A stretch of 64,000 nucleotides of DNA from Lytechinus pictus. Lineage: Eukaryota. The stretch covers positions 24,926,001 through 24,990,000 of the forward strand of contig NC_087252.1 of assembly GCF_037042905.1 (NCBI RefSeq), read 5' to 3'. The notes beneath the pieces are model-generated. The model saw only the letters and a list, made by a program, of their open reading frames with translations. It ran no database searches and was not told the DNA's origin. A program made the position numbers and the translations under genes. The first letter of the stretch is position 1; each line of letters opens with the position of its first letter. Positions 15,101 through 28,200 of the stretch are shown in pieces.

Positions 15101-18100
15101 AGTAGTTATTTTAAGTATTAGTAATAGTAGCAGTTGCAGCAATACTAGCAGTATTAGAAATATTATAACGAGACTTATTGATATTATATCTCATTCCTTT
15201 GCATTCCTTTTTTGTAGACCAATGTGCTGAAAACCAGTTCCAATGCCCTGACTTAACCTGTATACCTCTATTCTACCAATGTGACTTTTATCCTGATTGT
15301 GTGCCTGGCTATACCGATGAACTTCTTTGCCCGCATCCTCCCGTTGGTAAGGTTGTGATTTTTAAAGGACAAATCAGGGAAAAACTTTAATCTCAAATTT
15401 GATAGGCATTTAAAGAGAAAAAGAGAAAAACTTTCAACTATGTTCTGTAAGTCTTACATGTACATGTATGTTAAAAATCGCGACGTAAAGGAAATTTTCT
15501 GTTGAAGTCATTAAAAAAAATGTGGAGCAAACCCTAAAAGGACTTGGCTGCAGTATTTGAGATGTATTGAGGGCTGGGGGGGGGGGAGAGAGAGTCATCA
15601 TGCCCCCCCCCAGTCCTTTTAGGGTTAAAGAATATACTTTTTATCATGTATTTATAAAATTATAAAAAAAGTTCTGAAATATACATTTCAGAGGTGAATC
15701 AATAAATAAATGAAATGAAAATAATTGATCATCTTATGATCATAATAATGTTTAAATGTGATGTGATGTAGCAATAATTTAGTAACACCTTCTATCAATT
15801 TTCAGTTCACCAGGAGATTATCCTGGAAACTTCCTACGACTTCACTTCCCCTCTCTATCCTGCAAGTTATCCCGGCAACAGCACGTTCTTCCCCTACACC
15901 TTCTCATCCCCCGACCCAAGCAAGCACATCATGTTCGAGTTCTCCGTCTTCCAAGTCGGCCTAGGCGGCGCTCTCTCGTTCGGGACGGGGCACGATTATT
16001 TCGACTTCCCGTCAACTTTCGACGTGTTCCACTCAAACGTGGCTCCTACGACTGTATATGCACAATCGGACCAGGTGTGGGTGGAATTCTTTTCCGGTTT
16101 CACCGACGGTCAGGGATTCCACGCGACCGTCTCGACATACCCTGCTGGTCGTGAGTAGCGATTACTTGACCCTTTTGCCCCCTGGGCCCTGTTGCATAAA
16201 AGTTACCATTTTGGTATCCAAAGGTAACTTGCCTGGAATCCTTGATTTTGATTGGCTGTTGATCAGTGTTACCATGGTAGTTACCATTGGATGGTTACTA
16301 TAATAGTAAATTTTAAAGGACAAGTCCACCCCAACAAAAAATTGATTTGGATAAAAAAGAGAAAATCCAACAAGCATATCTCTGAAAATTTCATCAAAAT
16401 CGGATCTTAAAAGAAAGTTATGACAATCCTTGATTTTGATTGGCTGTTGAACAGTGTTAATTGGTCAATAGTGGCATAAATCTCTAATAGAAGAATTTCA
16501 ATGTATCAGCTCATTTTTCTCTAAAATCATTCTTAGCTGGTTATAAGATAGCTTTCTTCACCATTCACAAATTAATAAAGAGCACAGTAAACATTAAAAA
16601 AACATACAATTAATGTACATGTAAGCACAATTTTAACATTTTTGGCTTTCCATAATTTTAGCACAGAGTTAGGTCTAAGTTAAACCTGACTTCAGAATAC
16701 GGGCCACTATGTTTAGCTATCATTACAAATGTGGAACGATCAGGGGGGCGTTTCATCAACATTTTTGTCCGACAAGTTGTCAGATCTAACAACTTTTCTG
16801 GATTTTGATTGGCTAAGAAGCACTGTTACTATGGTAACTGTCGGATAAAATGGGACCTGTCGGATAAAATGTCTGACAAGTCCTTTCATGAAACGCTCTC
16901 CAGGGCTTCTTTTTTTAAAGAAAGAGTTTATATGATGCCTTCATTTTTATGTTGCTCTCCCTTCTTGGCTCTTGAAGTCTAGACTGACTTTTTAGGAAAA
17001 TAATATATTCACATTAAGGACGTTCCACAGTTATATTTGTGCGCATTATGATCTGCGCATAGTTTACACTCTGCGCGCTGACGTCACAATGGATGAACAG
17101 GTGATTAATTAGCTGCGGGTATGAGCTGATTTTTCTCATCTTCTGTCTATGAAATGAGGAAACATGAGAATGAATAGAATGCAATGTGTCATGATACAGG
17201 GGTGTGAGAATTCAGCTACTTCTGCTTTTGATTTTCAGCTCAATTTCAGCTCATTTTAGCTTACCTCTGTACAAAAGTATCGGAGTTCTTTCAATCTCAG
17301 GGTTTTTCCAATACACTTCAGCCTTTTTATTTGTGATCACTCACATCATTTATGATATGAAAAAATACGAACTGTTTTGATTGTTTTGATTACAAATGAT
17401 TATATTATTATGATCAGAAGAAGGGCTGATGAAAAAATGTATTTCTTCTCTTCTGTAAACGTGATTGGTTTCATGTATCTTTCCCTTCTGTCTTTCTTCC
17501 CCATTTTCTTTTTCTCTCCTTCGATCCCGTAGTCATCCCTCCCCCAGTGGTCTGTGATTCTAGCCAATGGGCATGTCACGATGGACTGTACTGTATTCCA
17601 CTACACTATCGATGTGATGGTCATCAGGACTGTCCTTCCAACGGAGAAGACGAGCACGGATGTCGTAAGTAGCCCTTTCCCTATCATTCCACAAATAGCA
17701 ACTAATATTAAACTTATTGTATTATTGATATGCATTTCGTAGTGTAGAATTTCTATTTTTTTATTTCTAATCCAATATTTCTTTAGTCAGTAAATGTTGA
17801 ATCCTATCTAATGCAATTAAGTATTTCAAAATAATTCTTAACAGTGGCAATTGTCATAATTATACAGTTTGTTCATACATGTATGGAAATGTATACATAC
17901 AGTTTATTCTGTGTGTGTTGATTCTTTAATTGGGACCTTGGATTATGTTTGAAACTTTTGTGGTTAAGACTCTTCTTTCAATCTGAAGGATGCGGGTTCG
18001 ATTCCAAGCCATGGCGTGTTTTCCTTCGGCAAGAAATTTAGCCACATGGTGCTGCACTCAACCCAAGTGAGGTAAATGGGTACCGGCAGGAAGTAATTCC

Positions 18101-21100
18101 TCAAAAAACTGTGCGCTCCAGAATCGGTAGACTAGCTTAGCCGGGGTAATATAGGAGCACCTTGAGCACCCAGCAAGGTGGATACGTGCGCTATACAAAC
18201 CCTATATTATTAGTTATTATTTAAACTTGATTTTGAAGAATTAAATATGACATTTGCTTTTGTATACGGGTCTAAAAAAAATTATTTCAACTATTAATGT
18301 TCGAACTTTATACATGCGTAAGGCACCTTTGACCCCAAAGTCAAAAGTCAGGAATCCTGCAAGCAGCCTTATGCTTTTAATTCTCACATTTTATTGTAGA
18401 AAATAACGGGCAATTCGCAGGAAAGCTGCAATGAAAAAGATAATAATAATAATCTGCTTTTAAATATAGCGCTTAATACGACGTCTAAGCCCTTTACAGA
18501 CATATTATTACCCTGGTCATAGGATTCTGGCGTGCTCGCATACGATGTATGCACTTTCTCCACTCCCTGGGGAGCATTCCAACAAGAGTTCCGATACTCG
18601 ATTGCTAAGCATACCGCATAGGCTTTTGCATCCTACCGGGTACCCATTTACCACCTTGGTGGAGAGTGGCAAAGTGTGGATTGACGCCTTGCCAAAGGAC
18701 GCTAGGCCGTGGTGGAATTCGAACACATAACCTCATGATTACAAGGCAAGAGTCAGAACCGCTACACCACGATGCTTCCATGAAGAGCATTCTCATAACG
18801 GGATCCCTGCCAAAAGACTCGGTATAGACGTTTGACAAGTTGCCTAACTATATATTATCATTTTATGTATTATCTATCTCTTATATTTCTTTCTTTTTAA
18901 AATGCACAATATACGCCGTTATCTACATGTATATCTCTCATTCACTCTCTGTCTATTTAATAGCTAATTCAAACTGCAGAGAGTACCAGTTTGAATGTAA
19001 GAATGGAGCATGCCTTCCTGAGCATTCCCAGTGTAACGGCCTTGAGCAGTGCTCAGAAGGAGAAGATGAAATAGGCTGCGGGCATCAAGGTAAATCATGG
19101 GGCCTGTTTCATGAAACTTGTTACAATAACAAATTTGCAATAACAGTTTAAAGCAACTGAAATCAATCAATTTGATTGGTTGATAGTAAACTTGTTAAGC
19201 TGAAGCCAGGGTTATGATATCCAAGTCCTTATATGAGGACTGTTTATTATTATCATCATTATCATAGAAACTGTGCTATACAGGACCGTTTATTATTATT
19301 ATTGTAGAAATTGTGCATTTGTTATAACAGGTATTTATGAAAAGGGACCCAGAATGGCATAAAAATAGCGAACGGGCATGAGTGCGATGGTACAAGGGAG
19401 ATGCTCTATTCAAAGAGGTGTAGGCGATCTGAATAGAGCATCTCTCCTGCACTAAATGTGAAATCTTGTATGATCGTATGAATTAGAATTATTTGCTATT
19501 TACTTTATACAACACCTCCGAAGTTAGTGAAATTGTGAATAGAGTGAATAATGATTGATTTTTCCTTTCAGTGTTCCCTAAGAATAAGGAAACGATTAAT
19601 ATCGCAAGCAAAACTTAAATTCCTTGAGCAGCATGCCTTATTACTAGCTCTGATTCAAGAGCATATCTGGGGAGTGTTACATGTAAGGAATTGTCGAAAG
19701 TTTTATCCGACAAGTCCCGTTTTATCCGACAATTACCATGGTGCCATTGCTTCCTATCCAATCAGGGGCATTTCATCAACATTTTTGTCTGACAAGTTGT
19801 CAAATCTGACATCTTTCCTTGATTTTGATTGGCTGAGAGGCATTTAATGTTACTATGGCAACTGTCGGATAAAACAGGGCTTGTCGGAAGTTTTATCCTT
19901 TCATGAAATGCTTTCCATAATGAAGGAAATTTGTCAGGGGCCTGTTGCAGAAAGAGATGCATTTAAACACAATTCAAAATATCAAGCGCAAGTCATGAAT
20001 ATGGGTGCTTCATTGGCTGAAAATCAAGTTGCGCAAGATTTTTAGAGTTGCGTTTGATCGCAACTCTTTCTGCAACGGGCCCCTGATCTGATAATTTGTC
20101 GGATGAAAATGTTGATGAAACTCTCCCCTCTAGCATCAGTGCACACTGAGTCTGTATAGGCCTATGTCTATTACCACTGGATTAGTTAGTTAATGTAATG
20201 CGATCTGATGCGACGCGATTTTTCAAAAAATCACATTTTTTATTACATATATAAAAGTTCCAAGTAGTAAAATTATTATGTATAAAGTTTGGCATGATGT
20301 TAGGAATACTGACGTCATTACGATTTGGAATTGAATTTGTTTTTGTTCATTCAGGGAGGCTCAAACTAGACTGAATTTTGATTTCAGTAGTCCTACCACT
20401 ATTCTGGTCTCTGATCCATAAGACTTTATTAGTTGGAATGTCCATATCAAATGTTATCATGTTTTCTCTGAAAGTCGGATCGCAACAAACCGCATATTTT
20501 AAGCCGGGCTTAATGAATTGAATGGTCTTGTGGTGCCACCCGACCATGTCATGCTCTCAATACTATCTACTGTGTCTTCGCGTGCAGCGCCCCCAAGTAG
20601 AACAGTGTTTACTTCACTGACGGGTTACCCTTGGTACACAAAATTCCTGAATATACATGTAGATAAATAATTAGATACCTGAACAATTTGTTGTTAATTT
20701 ATTTCATTTATTGTAGGAGAATGCACGGATCAACAGTTCCGATGTACTAACGGCACATGTATCCCGGGTCACCAGAGATGTAATTACTTTGAAGATTGCC
20801 TGGATGGGTCCGACGAGAGTCAAGCAGAATGCGGTAAGCTAGTCTCTCGTAATAAAGGGTGTATCTAAAAAAAAGGTAATCAAAGTTCAAAGGTCAGCTA
20901 TATCAAACTACGTACTTTATTCCATGACGAATGACCATGGTAATGATATACATATATGTGTGTGAAAATAGGTGTGTGTGGGTGTGTATGTGCACTTAAA
21001 GTGCTTATAAAAGTGGTTGCAATGTATTAAGCACGTAATACAGGGTGTTTAAAAAAAAAAAAAGTAAATCAAAGTTCAAAGGTCAGCTAAATCAAGAGTA

Positions 21101-24100
21101 CATACTTTATTCCATGATAAATGGCTATGGAAATGATATACATATATGTGTGTATAAATAGGGTGTCTGTTTGTGTGTGTGAGTGTAAAGGGCTTAGAGA
21201 AATGGTTGCAATATGAAGTGCGTATACAAGGTTCTTCAAAAAAAGGGTAACAAAAAGTTGTAACCATTACAAGGTGTTCTGAAAAAAAGGTAACCAAAGT
21301 TCAAAGGCCAGCTATATCAAGAATACAAGGGTGATTCTTGTGATTTCTAACGGCAATACTGTGCAACTCATCAATTTTAATTTGACACCAGCTTGCTTGC
21401 GTTAACTTTGACGGTAAGGATACAGAACCTATATGTACTTTTTCTAAGTTTTTGGTTTTTAAATACCAAACCAACTTTGTTGTAAGTTCTTGGGATCATC
21501 AGGGCTTTTTAAAATGTTTATTGTTAATCTGGCAGCTGCAACTTTTGTTGTATTGCCTATAGGAACTGTGTATATGGGTTTGCTTAATACAATATACACG
21601 TACAAGTAAATGGGCTGTCACACCTCATGTGTCGCACAAAAGAATCAACTTGCAAACTTGATTATTTACTTGCTTATGATATACTCTTGTACATGTATTA
21701 TCTCCTTTTCTGCTCTACCTTTATACTTTTGTTCCCTCACTCTCTCTGTCTTTTATACATGTAGGCCCGGTATTGTTGCTGGAGATTATGTTGTGTATGA
21801 TTATGATTTGATGAAGATGCTGATGATGATGATGTTGATGATGATGAATGACGACGATGATGATGATGACGACGACAACGATGATGATTGTGGTGGTGAT
21901 GATGGAGATAATGATGGTGATGATTGTGGTGAGGATGGTGATGGTGATGATGATGATGATGTTGATGATGCTGATATGATGATCATAACGATGATGATGA
22001 AGATCATGTTGATGATCATGATGATGACACGATGGTAATCCTATTTGATGATGATATTGATTTTCTGCTCTCGATAAACGTGTTTCTCTCCCCCTCTCTT
22101 ACTTTCCCTCATATAGGACCCTGCAATACCCTGGATTCCTACACTTGCAATGCCGGTAACTGCATCCCTCTCTACTGGCGGTGTGATTTCTACATTGACT
22201 GTTACGATGGCGATGATGAAATGCAATGCCATTTCCTCAATGATCCAAGTAAGACCTCCGTAATTGATTGATTGAATTATTTATTAAGCATTATTTAAAC
22301 AGGGTAACCCCATCAGTAGTCAAATACTGTTGTAATTGTTGTACATAAAACAAAACAAAATGCAACTTCAATACAAATGTAAATACAAATTCTAAACATA
22401 AACATAAACAGATGGAAATTTCAGATGTGCAGCATCTACAGTAAGAATGGAAAATTGTATAGAAAATGGAGAACAATGGTGTAACCCAGAACAGGATGTA
22501 GAAAGCTATAGGGGGAGGCGATAGGGGAATTGGCTTTAGGTGAACAATAAGCACTTCGCATGAGGAATTATCTTTTTAAAGGAAGTAGAAAGATGATTTA
22601 AATTAATGTGAAATATTGAAAAAATATTATGATCTCATCCAGCTAGGTTATGCTTGTATCTCATCTTTTAAAGTCTTGTTGCAATTGAAAAATTCTGATG
22701 GTGTATTATTTGTTTTATTCTTTTAATCATTGTTACAGCCAACATCACATTGGCAATTGGTGAAAAAACCAACATCACCTCCCAGAACTGGCCCGACTCG
22801 GCCGACCCGGCCATCTACCAACTCTGGCATATCACGGCCCCCGAGGGTGCGCTGATCCACTTTGACTTCCTTGATTACGACCTCGGCGTCCAGTCCTTCA
22901 TCGTCTTCTCCGATGGTCATATGGTGGGGGACCACTCCAATGAATGGGCGTACTATGGCTACCGGTTCAATCCCGGAGTGCTCCTCTCTCACAATAACAC
23001 CATCTCGGTGCAGTATTTTAGCGGAGCCTACGTCGGAACCCGCGGCTTTTTCATCTCGATGAGGGCAGTGCATGGTGGTATGTTCTTAGAAAAAAATAAT
23101 AAATAAATATTGTGAAGTTGATTTCTGTAGATTTTTCAGCACTATGAGCCGTGGCCATGGGCCACTTTTCGTCATTTTATGATGGCAACATCAGGTTTAA
23201 AGAAAAAAAAAAAGATTTTGTATGCATGTGCTGAAAAGAATAAAATTTGCTGAGGTTGTTTCACTTGATGTTCAGGCTACATCATGGTATGCAAAAAGAG
23301 AATAAGAAAAATAAAATCTTTCATCTATCTTGACAAGATATGAAAGGGAATATGATATTATGTTTTTAAAAGAATCTTGGAAGCTACATGTACCTTGACT
23401 ACATTTCAGGCTATTGGTGGTGTTCTCTAAAAAAGATTTAAAATCTATCTTTTTTAATGTCAGCTGGACTAGATTTCAGGCTGTAAGATGTTATGTTCTA
23501 AAAGGGAGGAAATTAACGACCTTTGAGCTAGTTTGACTAGATTTTCAGGCAATATGATGGTATGTTCTTTTTTTTAAAAATTGTTGAGTTGGTATGACCA
23601 GATTTTTAGGCAACGTGTATGTGGTCATGGTCATGGATGAGAAAAGTGGATGAAGTGAAAATGAGACCATCTTGGCATTTGACTGAATGAAAATTAGACT
23701 AAAGTGGGTACCAGACCAAACGGTACTTAGACCAAATGTATAGTAGACCAAATGAATTAAGGCTATTTGAGAAATACAGTAGGCCAAATGCATGTGGGCC
23801 AATTGAATATAAATAGTGATAGGAGTTTTGTTTTAAAATAGCATGAGAACTAGGATTAGGCGGTATGTGTACATGAACAGTATATTGAAATCATCCGATA
23901 TTTTCAATTTTTGCTCAGGCCATGTCCATCCTGCGTGTGCGGACACAGCTTATCAATGCGCTGTTGATTCTGAGTGCATCCCCCGATGGTGGTTATGTGA
24001 CGGGTATCCAGATTGCTTAGAAGGAGAAGATGAAGCAAACTGCACATACTCCCCTTCAGGTAAGTCTTTGCCTTTCTCGAGCTGGTGATGATGAGATGGT

Positions 24101-24947
24101 GGTGATGATGAGATGGTGGTGATGATGGTGATGATGATGGTTGTGATGATGATGGTGGTGGTGGTGATGGTGGTGATGATGATTAGGATGATGGTGGTGG
24201 TGGTGATGGTGGTCATGATGATGGTGATGATGGTGTTGATGAAGATTATGAAGAGTGTATTGGTGACAATGATGATTATTATGATGGTGATAACCATGGT
24301 GATGATATTTATGATTATAATATTGATGCTCATAAAAACAAGAATAGTGTCTTTTCTTAACCTTTTGTTAGTGATAATTGATGTGATGCAATCCCCAAAT
24401 GAGGAATTTGTACATGTTTTTCTCCCCCTTTTTTTTCAAATGACAATTTTTTTTAAATAATTAAATCTTTGTTTATAGTTTAAACAAATTTAATAAACTT
24501 GCAGGTGAACAGAAATGTCAAAGGGATAAGCAATGCCTTTTTTATCTCTTGAAGAAGGTTGTTAGAATTCTTTTGAAAGAAAATTATGAAAACCAATTTT
24601 TCTTCTCTTTAATACAGGAGAGTGTGGTGTCCATGCAGATGAGTACAAATGCAATAACACAGACGTATGCTTCCCGGGTGCTTTCAGATGTGACTACATG
24701 CCAGATTGCCCAGAACATGATGATGAATTCAACTGTAAGTTGTTGGCCAGAATTTGTCAAAAAGTTAGGTCAGGTTCCTGATGATGATGATGGTGTTGAT
24801 GATGATGATGATGATGATTATGGTGATGATTGTGTCTATGATAATGATGATGAAGATGATGATGAAGAAGATGAGGATGATTATGGTGGTGGTGGTGGTT
24901 TGGTGATGATGATGATGATGGTGATGCTGATGATGGTGATGGTGATG

Positions 24948-24979
<32 letters not shown>

Positions 24980-25239
24980 GATGATGATGATGATGTTGAT
25001 GATGATGATGATGGTGATGATGATGGTGATGATGATGATAAAGATAATGATGATGATGATGTTGATGGTGATGATGATGATGGTGATGATGATGATGGTG
25101 ATGATGATGATGATGTTGATGGTGATGATGATGGTGATGCTGATGATGGTGATGGTGATGATGATGGTGATGATGGTGATGCTGATGATGGTGATGATGA
25201 TGATGGTGATGATGATGATGATGTTGATGGTGATGATGT

Positions 25240-25270
<31 letters not shown>

Positions 25271-28200
25271 GATAAAGATAATGATGATGATGATAAAGAT
25301 AATGATGATGATGATGATGATGGCGGTGGTGGTGGTGATAAGGATGATGGTGATGGTGTTGGTGGTTGTGCATGGTGGTAGTGGTGATGTTTAAAATGGG
25401 AAAATGGTGAGGATGACAATGATAATGATGATGACAATGCTGCTGCTGATGATGATGGTGATGATGATGATGGTTATGGTGATTGTTTTTGTAATACTGA
25501 CGATGATGATGATTATGGTAATGATTGTGGTAGTAATGGTGGTAATGTTGATGATGTTGATGATAATGGTAATAGTGGTATTGATGGTGATAACTTTTGT
25601 GGTGATAATGATGGTGATGATAATATGGTGATGGTGGTGGATATGATGATTATGGTGATGATGATAATGTGGATTGGATGGCTTTTTAAGGTTTGATTGT
25701 GTTTTTGTTTACATTACCATAAGAATTACCATGGCTCAACTTGCCCCATGTTTGCTGGCTCAACTTACCCCAGTCCGAACTTTTTCCACATTTCTTATGT
25801 ATCCATCATGTAAAAGACTGACAAGAATGAAGATCCATACCTGGACTTACAATGTTGTTCTTATGCTTTATTATATGTAAAGAAGTGTGTGTGTAAAAAA
25901 CACTTATCTATTTCACACCCTTTTTTATTTTTTTGGCTGAAATTTGTATTTTTCCCTCTAAAAATATACTTTTTGTTTCAAAGTTGAAAACAATGTGGTG
26001 GGGTTAAGGGTTATGCAATGGGTCATCAATACATGACACCACCACAATGTCTGACTCATTCATTATTGGCCTGGGGGCGGTGGCTCAACTTGCCCCTATG
26101 CTCAACTTACCCCGCCTTCCCCTACATGTTAAAGTGTCACAAAGTAACATAAATTGGCAATGTTGACTTAGAGGGAATGTAATATTTCCTGTCTGATAAA
26201 TCGTTGTGATCTCTCTTTCACCGCATCCGAAAAAAGGTAATTGCACAGGGAATGAATTCAAATGCTTGAGGAATGGTCAATGTCTTCCAAACCACTTTGC
26301 ATGTGATTTCTACTACAACTGTGGCCCGGAAGACAGATCAGATGAAATCGAAGGATGCGGAACACCGAATTCATTAAGTGAGTACCGTAGTCAAGAAGTC
26401 CTTTAAAGATAGACTAGATAATAATAATAGGCATTTATATAGCGCCATCTATCTAGAAATATTCTATTCCGAGGCGCGTTGTTATTATTATTATTACCCC
26501 GGCTTTAGCTCGAGCTGCCTTTCAGCGCTCATGCATTCAAGGAATTAATCCTGCCGGGTACCCATTCACCTCACCTGGGTCGAGTGCAGCACAATGTGGA
26601 TACATTTCTTGCTGAAGGAAATTACGCAATGGCTGGGATTCGAACCCACGACCCTCTGTTTCTAAGTCAGAAGACTTATCCACTGGGCCACAACGCTCCA
26701 CCGATGGCACATATACTCGACTTTTAATGAGGGTACAAAATATTAGTTTGAGAGATCGCAAAACAAAAGATGAAATGTATGGAGATCTGCTACCTATCTC
26801 CACCTCGGTAATTAAACGTAGTATGAGATTTGCTGGTCACTGTTTTCGCAGTGAGAAGGAAGTTATTTCCGATGTAATTTTGTTGTGCCTCCCTCATAAA
26901 ACCAGAGGACGGGGTCATTTAAATTTTGTTGATTACATATGAAGGAATACAAATAATTTGTTACATGATTTACCAACTCTTATGTCAGATTACAATTTCA
27001 TAATCATCCTTACCGTTATCTTTGCAGTTACAAAGAACCTTCAACTTGAACAGCTTTACACCATCTTATCGACCAACTACCCAAACCCTTACCCACCAAG
27101 AGACTATCTGGTCTACATCATCTCTGTCCCTGATGATTATGTTGTCCGTGTGATATTCAACGATTTCTCCATCGATTGGAAAGGTTTCCTTGCATTCGGT
27201 CACGGCAGTGATTACCACGATCACGACCAAGCTTTTGCCGTGTACAACCATCATGACAAGAATCCTGTGAACTTCTACACACCCACCAATCAGTTCTATA
27301 TTGTCTTCCATGGCGGTCCCTATGGGCAATCCACTGGTTACAATATCAGTATGATCCCGATAGAAAAAGCAGGTGTGTATAACCTTTAGCACAGACATGG
27401 ATTTCAATGTGTGGGACTGTACTTAGACTAATGTGGATGTGGATCTCTTATATCGCTTTGTCTTACGATGTCTTATTTCTTGCCTCATTGTGTCTTCTTC
27501 TTGCGTAATAAGAAAAAACAGTTGCAATGTCAATATATACTTGTGATTTCAAAAATAATTATATTCCATATAAAAAGTCCAGATTATTTTGTATGCGGCT
27601 AGCTGTTAAGATATATTTGGAACCTCAATTAGTTATTCATTCAAGGGAATATACACACATAACCACACATTGATTTCCTGCAGGCTACTGTTCCTTTTCA
27701 TTACTTTGTTTGTATTTTGCCTTATATTGTAATATTGTCGTTGAACATTTGAAATTAAATAGACTTTTTATCAGTCAATAAATTAGGTGAAGATCTTAGA
27801 GATACTTTCTTGAAAGAAAAAGAGAATTATGTTTTCATTTGGTCTGGTTAAAGGTCTCAATCACAAAGTTTTTAAAAATCATTCTTGTCATTGTCAAGCT
27901 CTTTCCCAGCACACACCTGTACAAGGGAAAGTTTTGAGCCAAATCTTGGTTTAAGGGGCCTTTCCCTTTTATACCTCCGCCCAGCCAAGGTGGTTGTTGG
28001 TGCATGGTTTTATGTTTTGGGGAAGTCTGTCTGTCTGTCTGTCCAACCTGTAGTCATTCTTGTGATCACTAAAGAACCTTTGATGCATCAACCTCAAATT
28101 TGGTTCATGTATGCATGTTGTAATTGCCATGATCTGATTTGCTTTTAAGGCCAAGAGGTTAAAGGTCACATACATGTACAGTTGGTCATTGAATTATCAT

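Noticed and set aside
17960..18030. tRNA gene (also at 26640-26700, 44935-44995, 18715-18775)
   Set aside because: A/B boxes are present, but there is no cloverleaf and they run into a shared SINE body and tail.
24549..25631. Long poly-Met/His/Asp/Ser/Ile ORFs (also at 5331-5877, 40533-41192, 49567-51117, 62968-63255)
   Set aside because: They are translations of intronic (GAT)n microsatellites, which are open in several frames, and lack coherent splice or start context.
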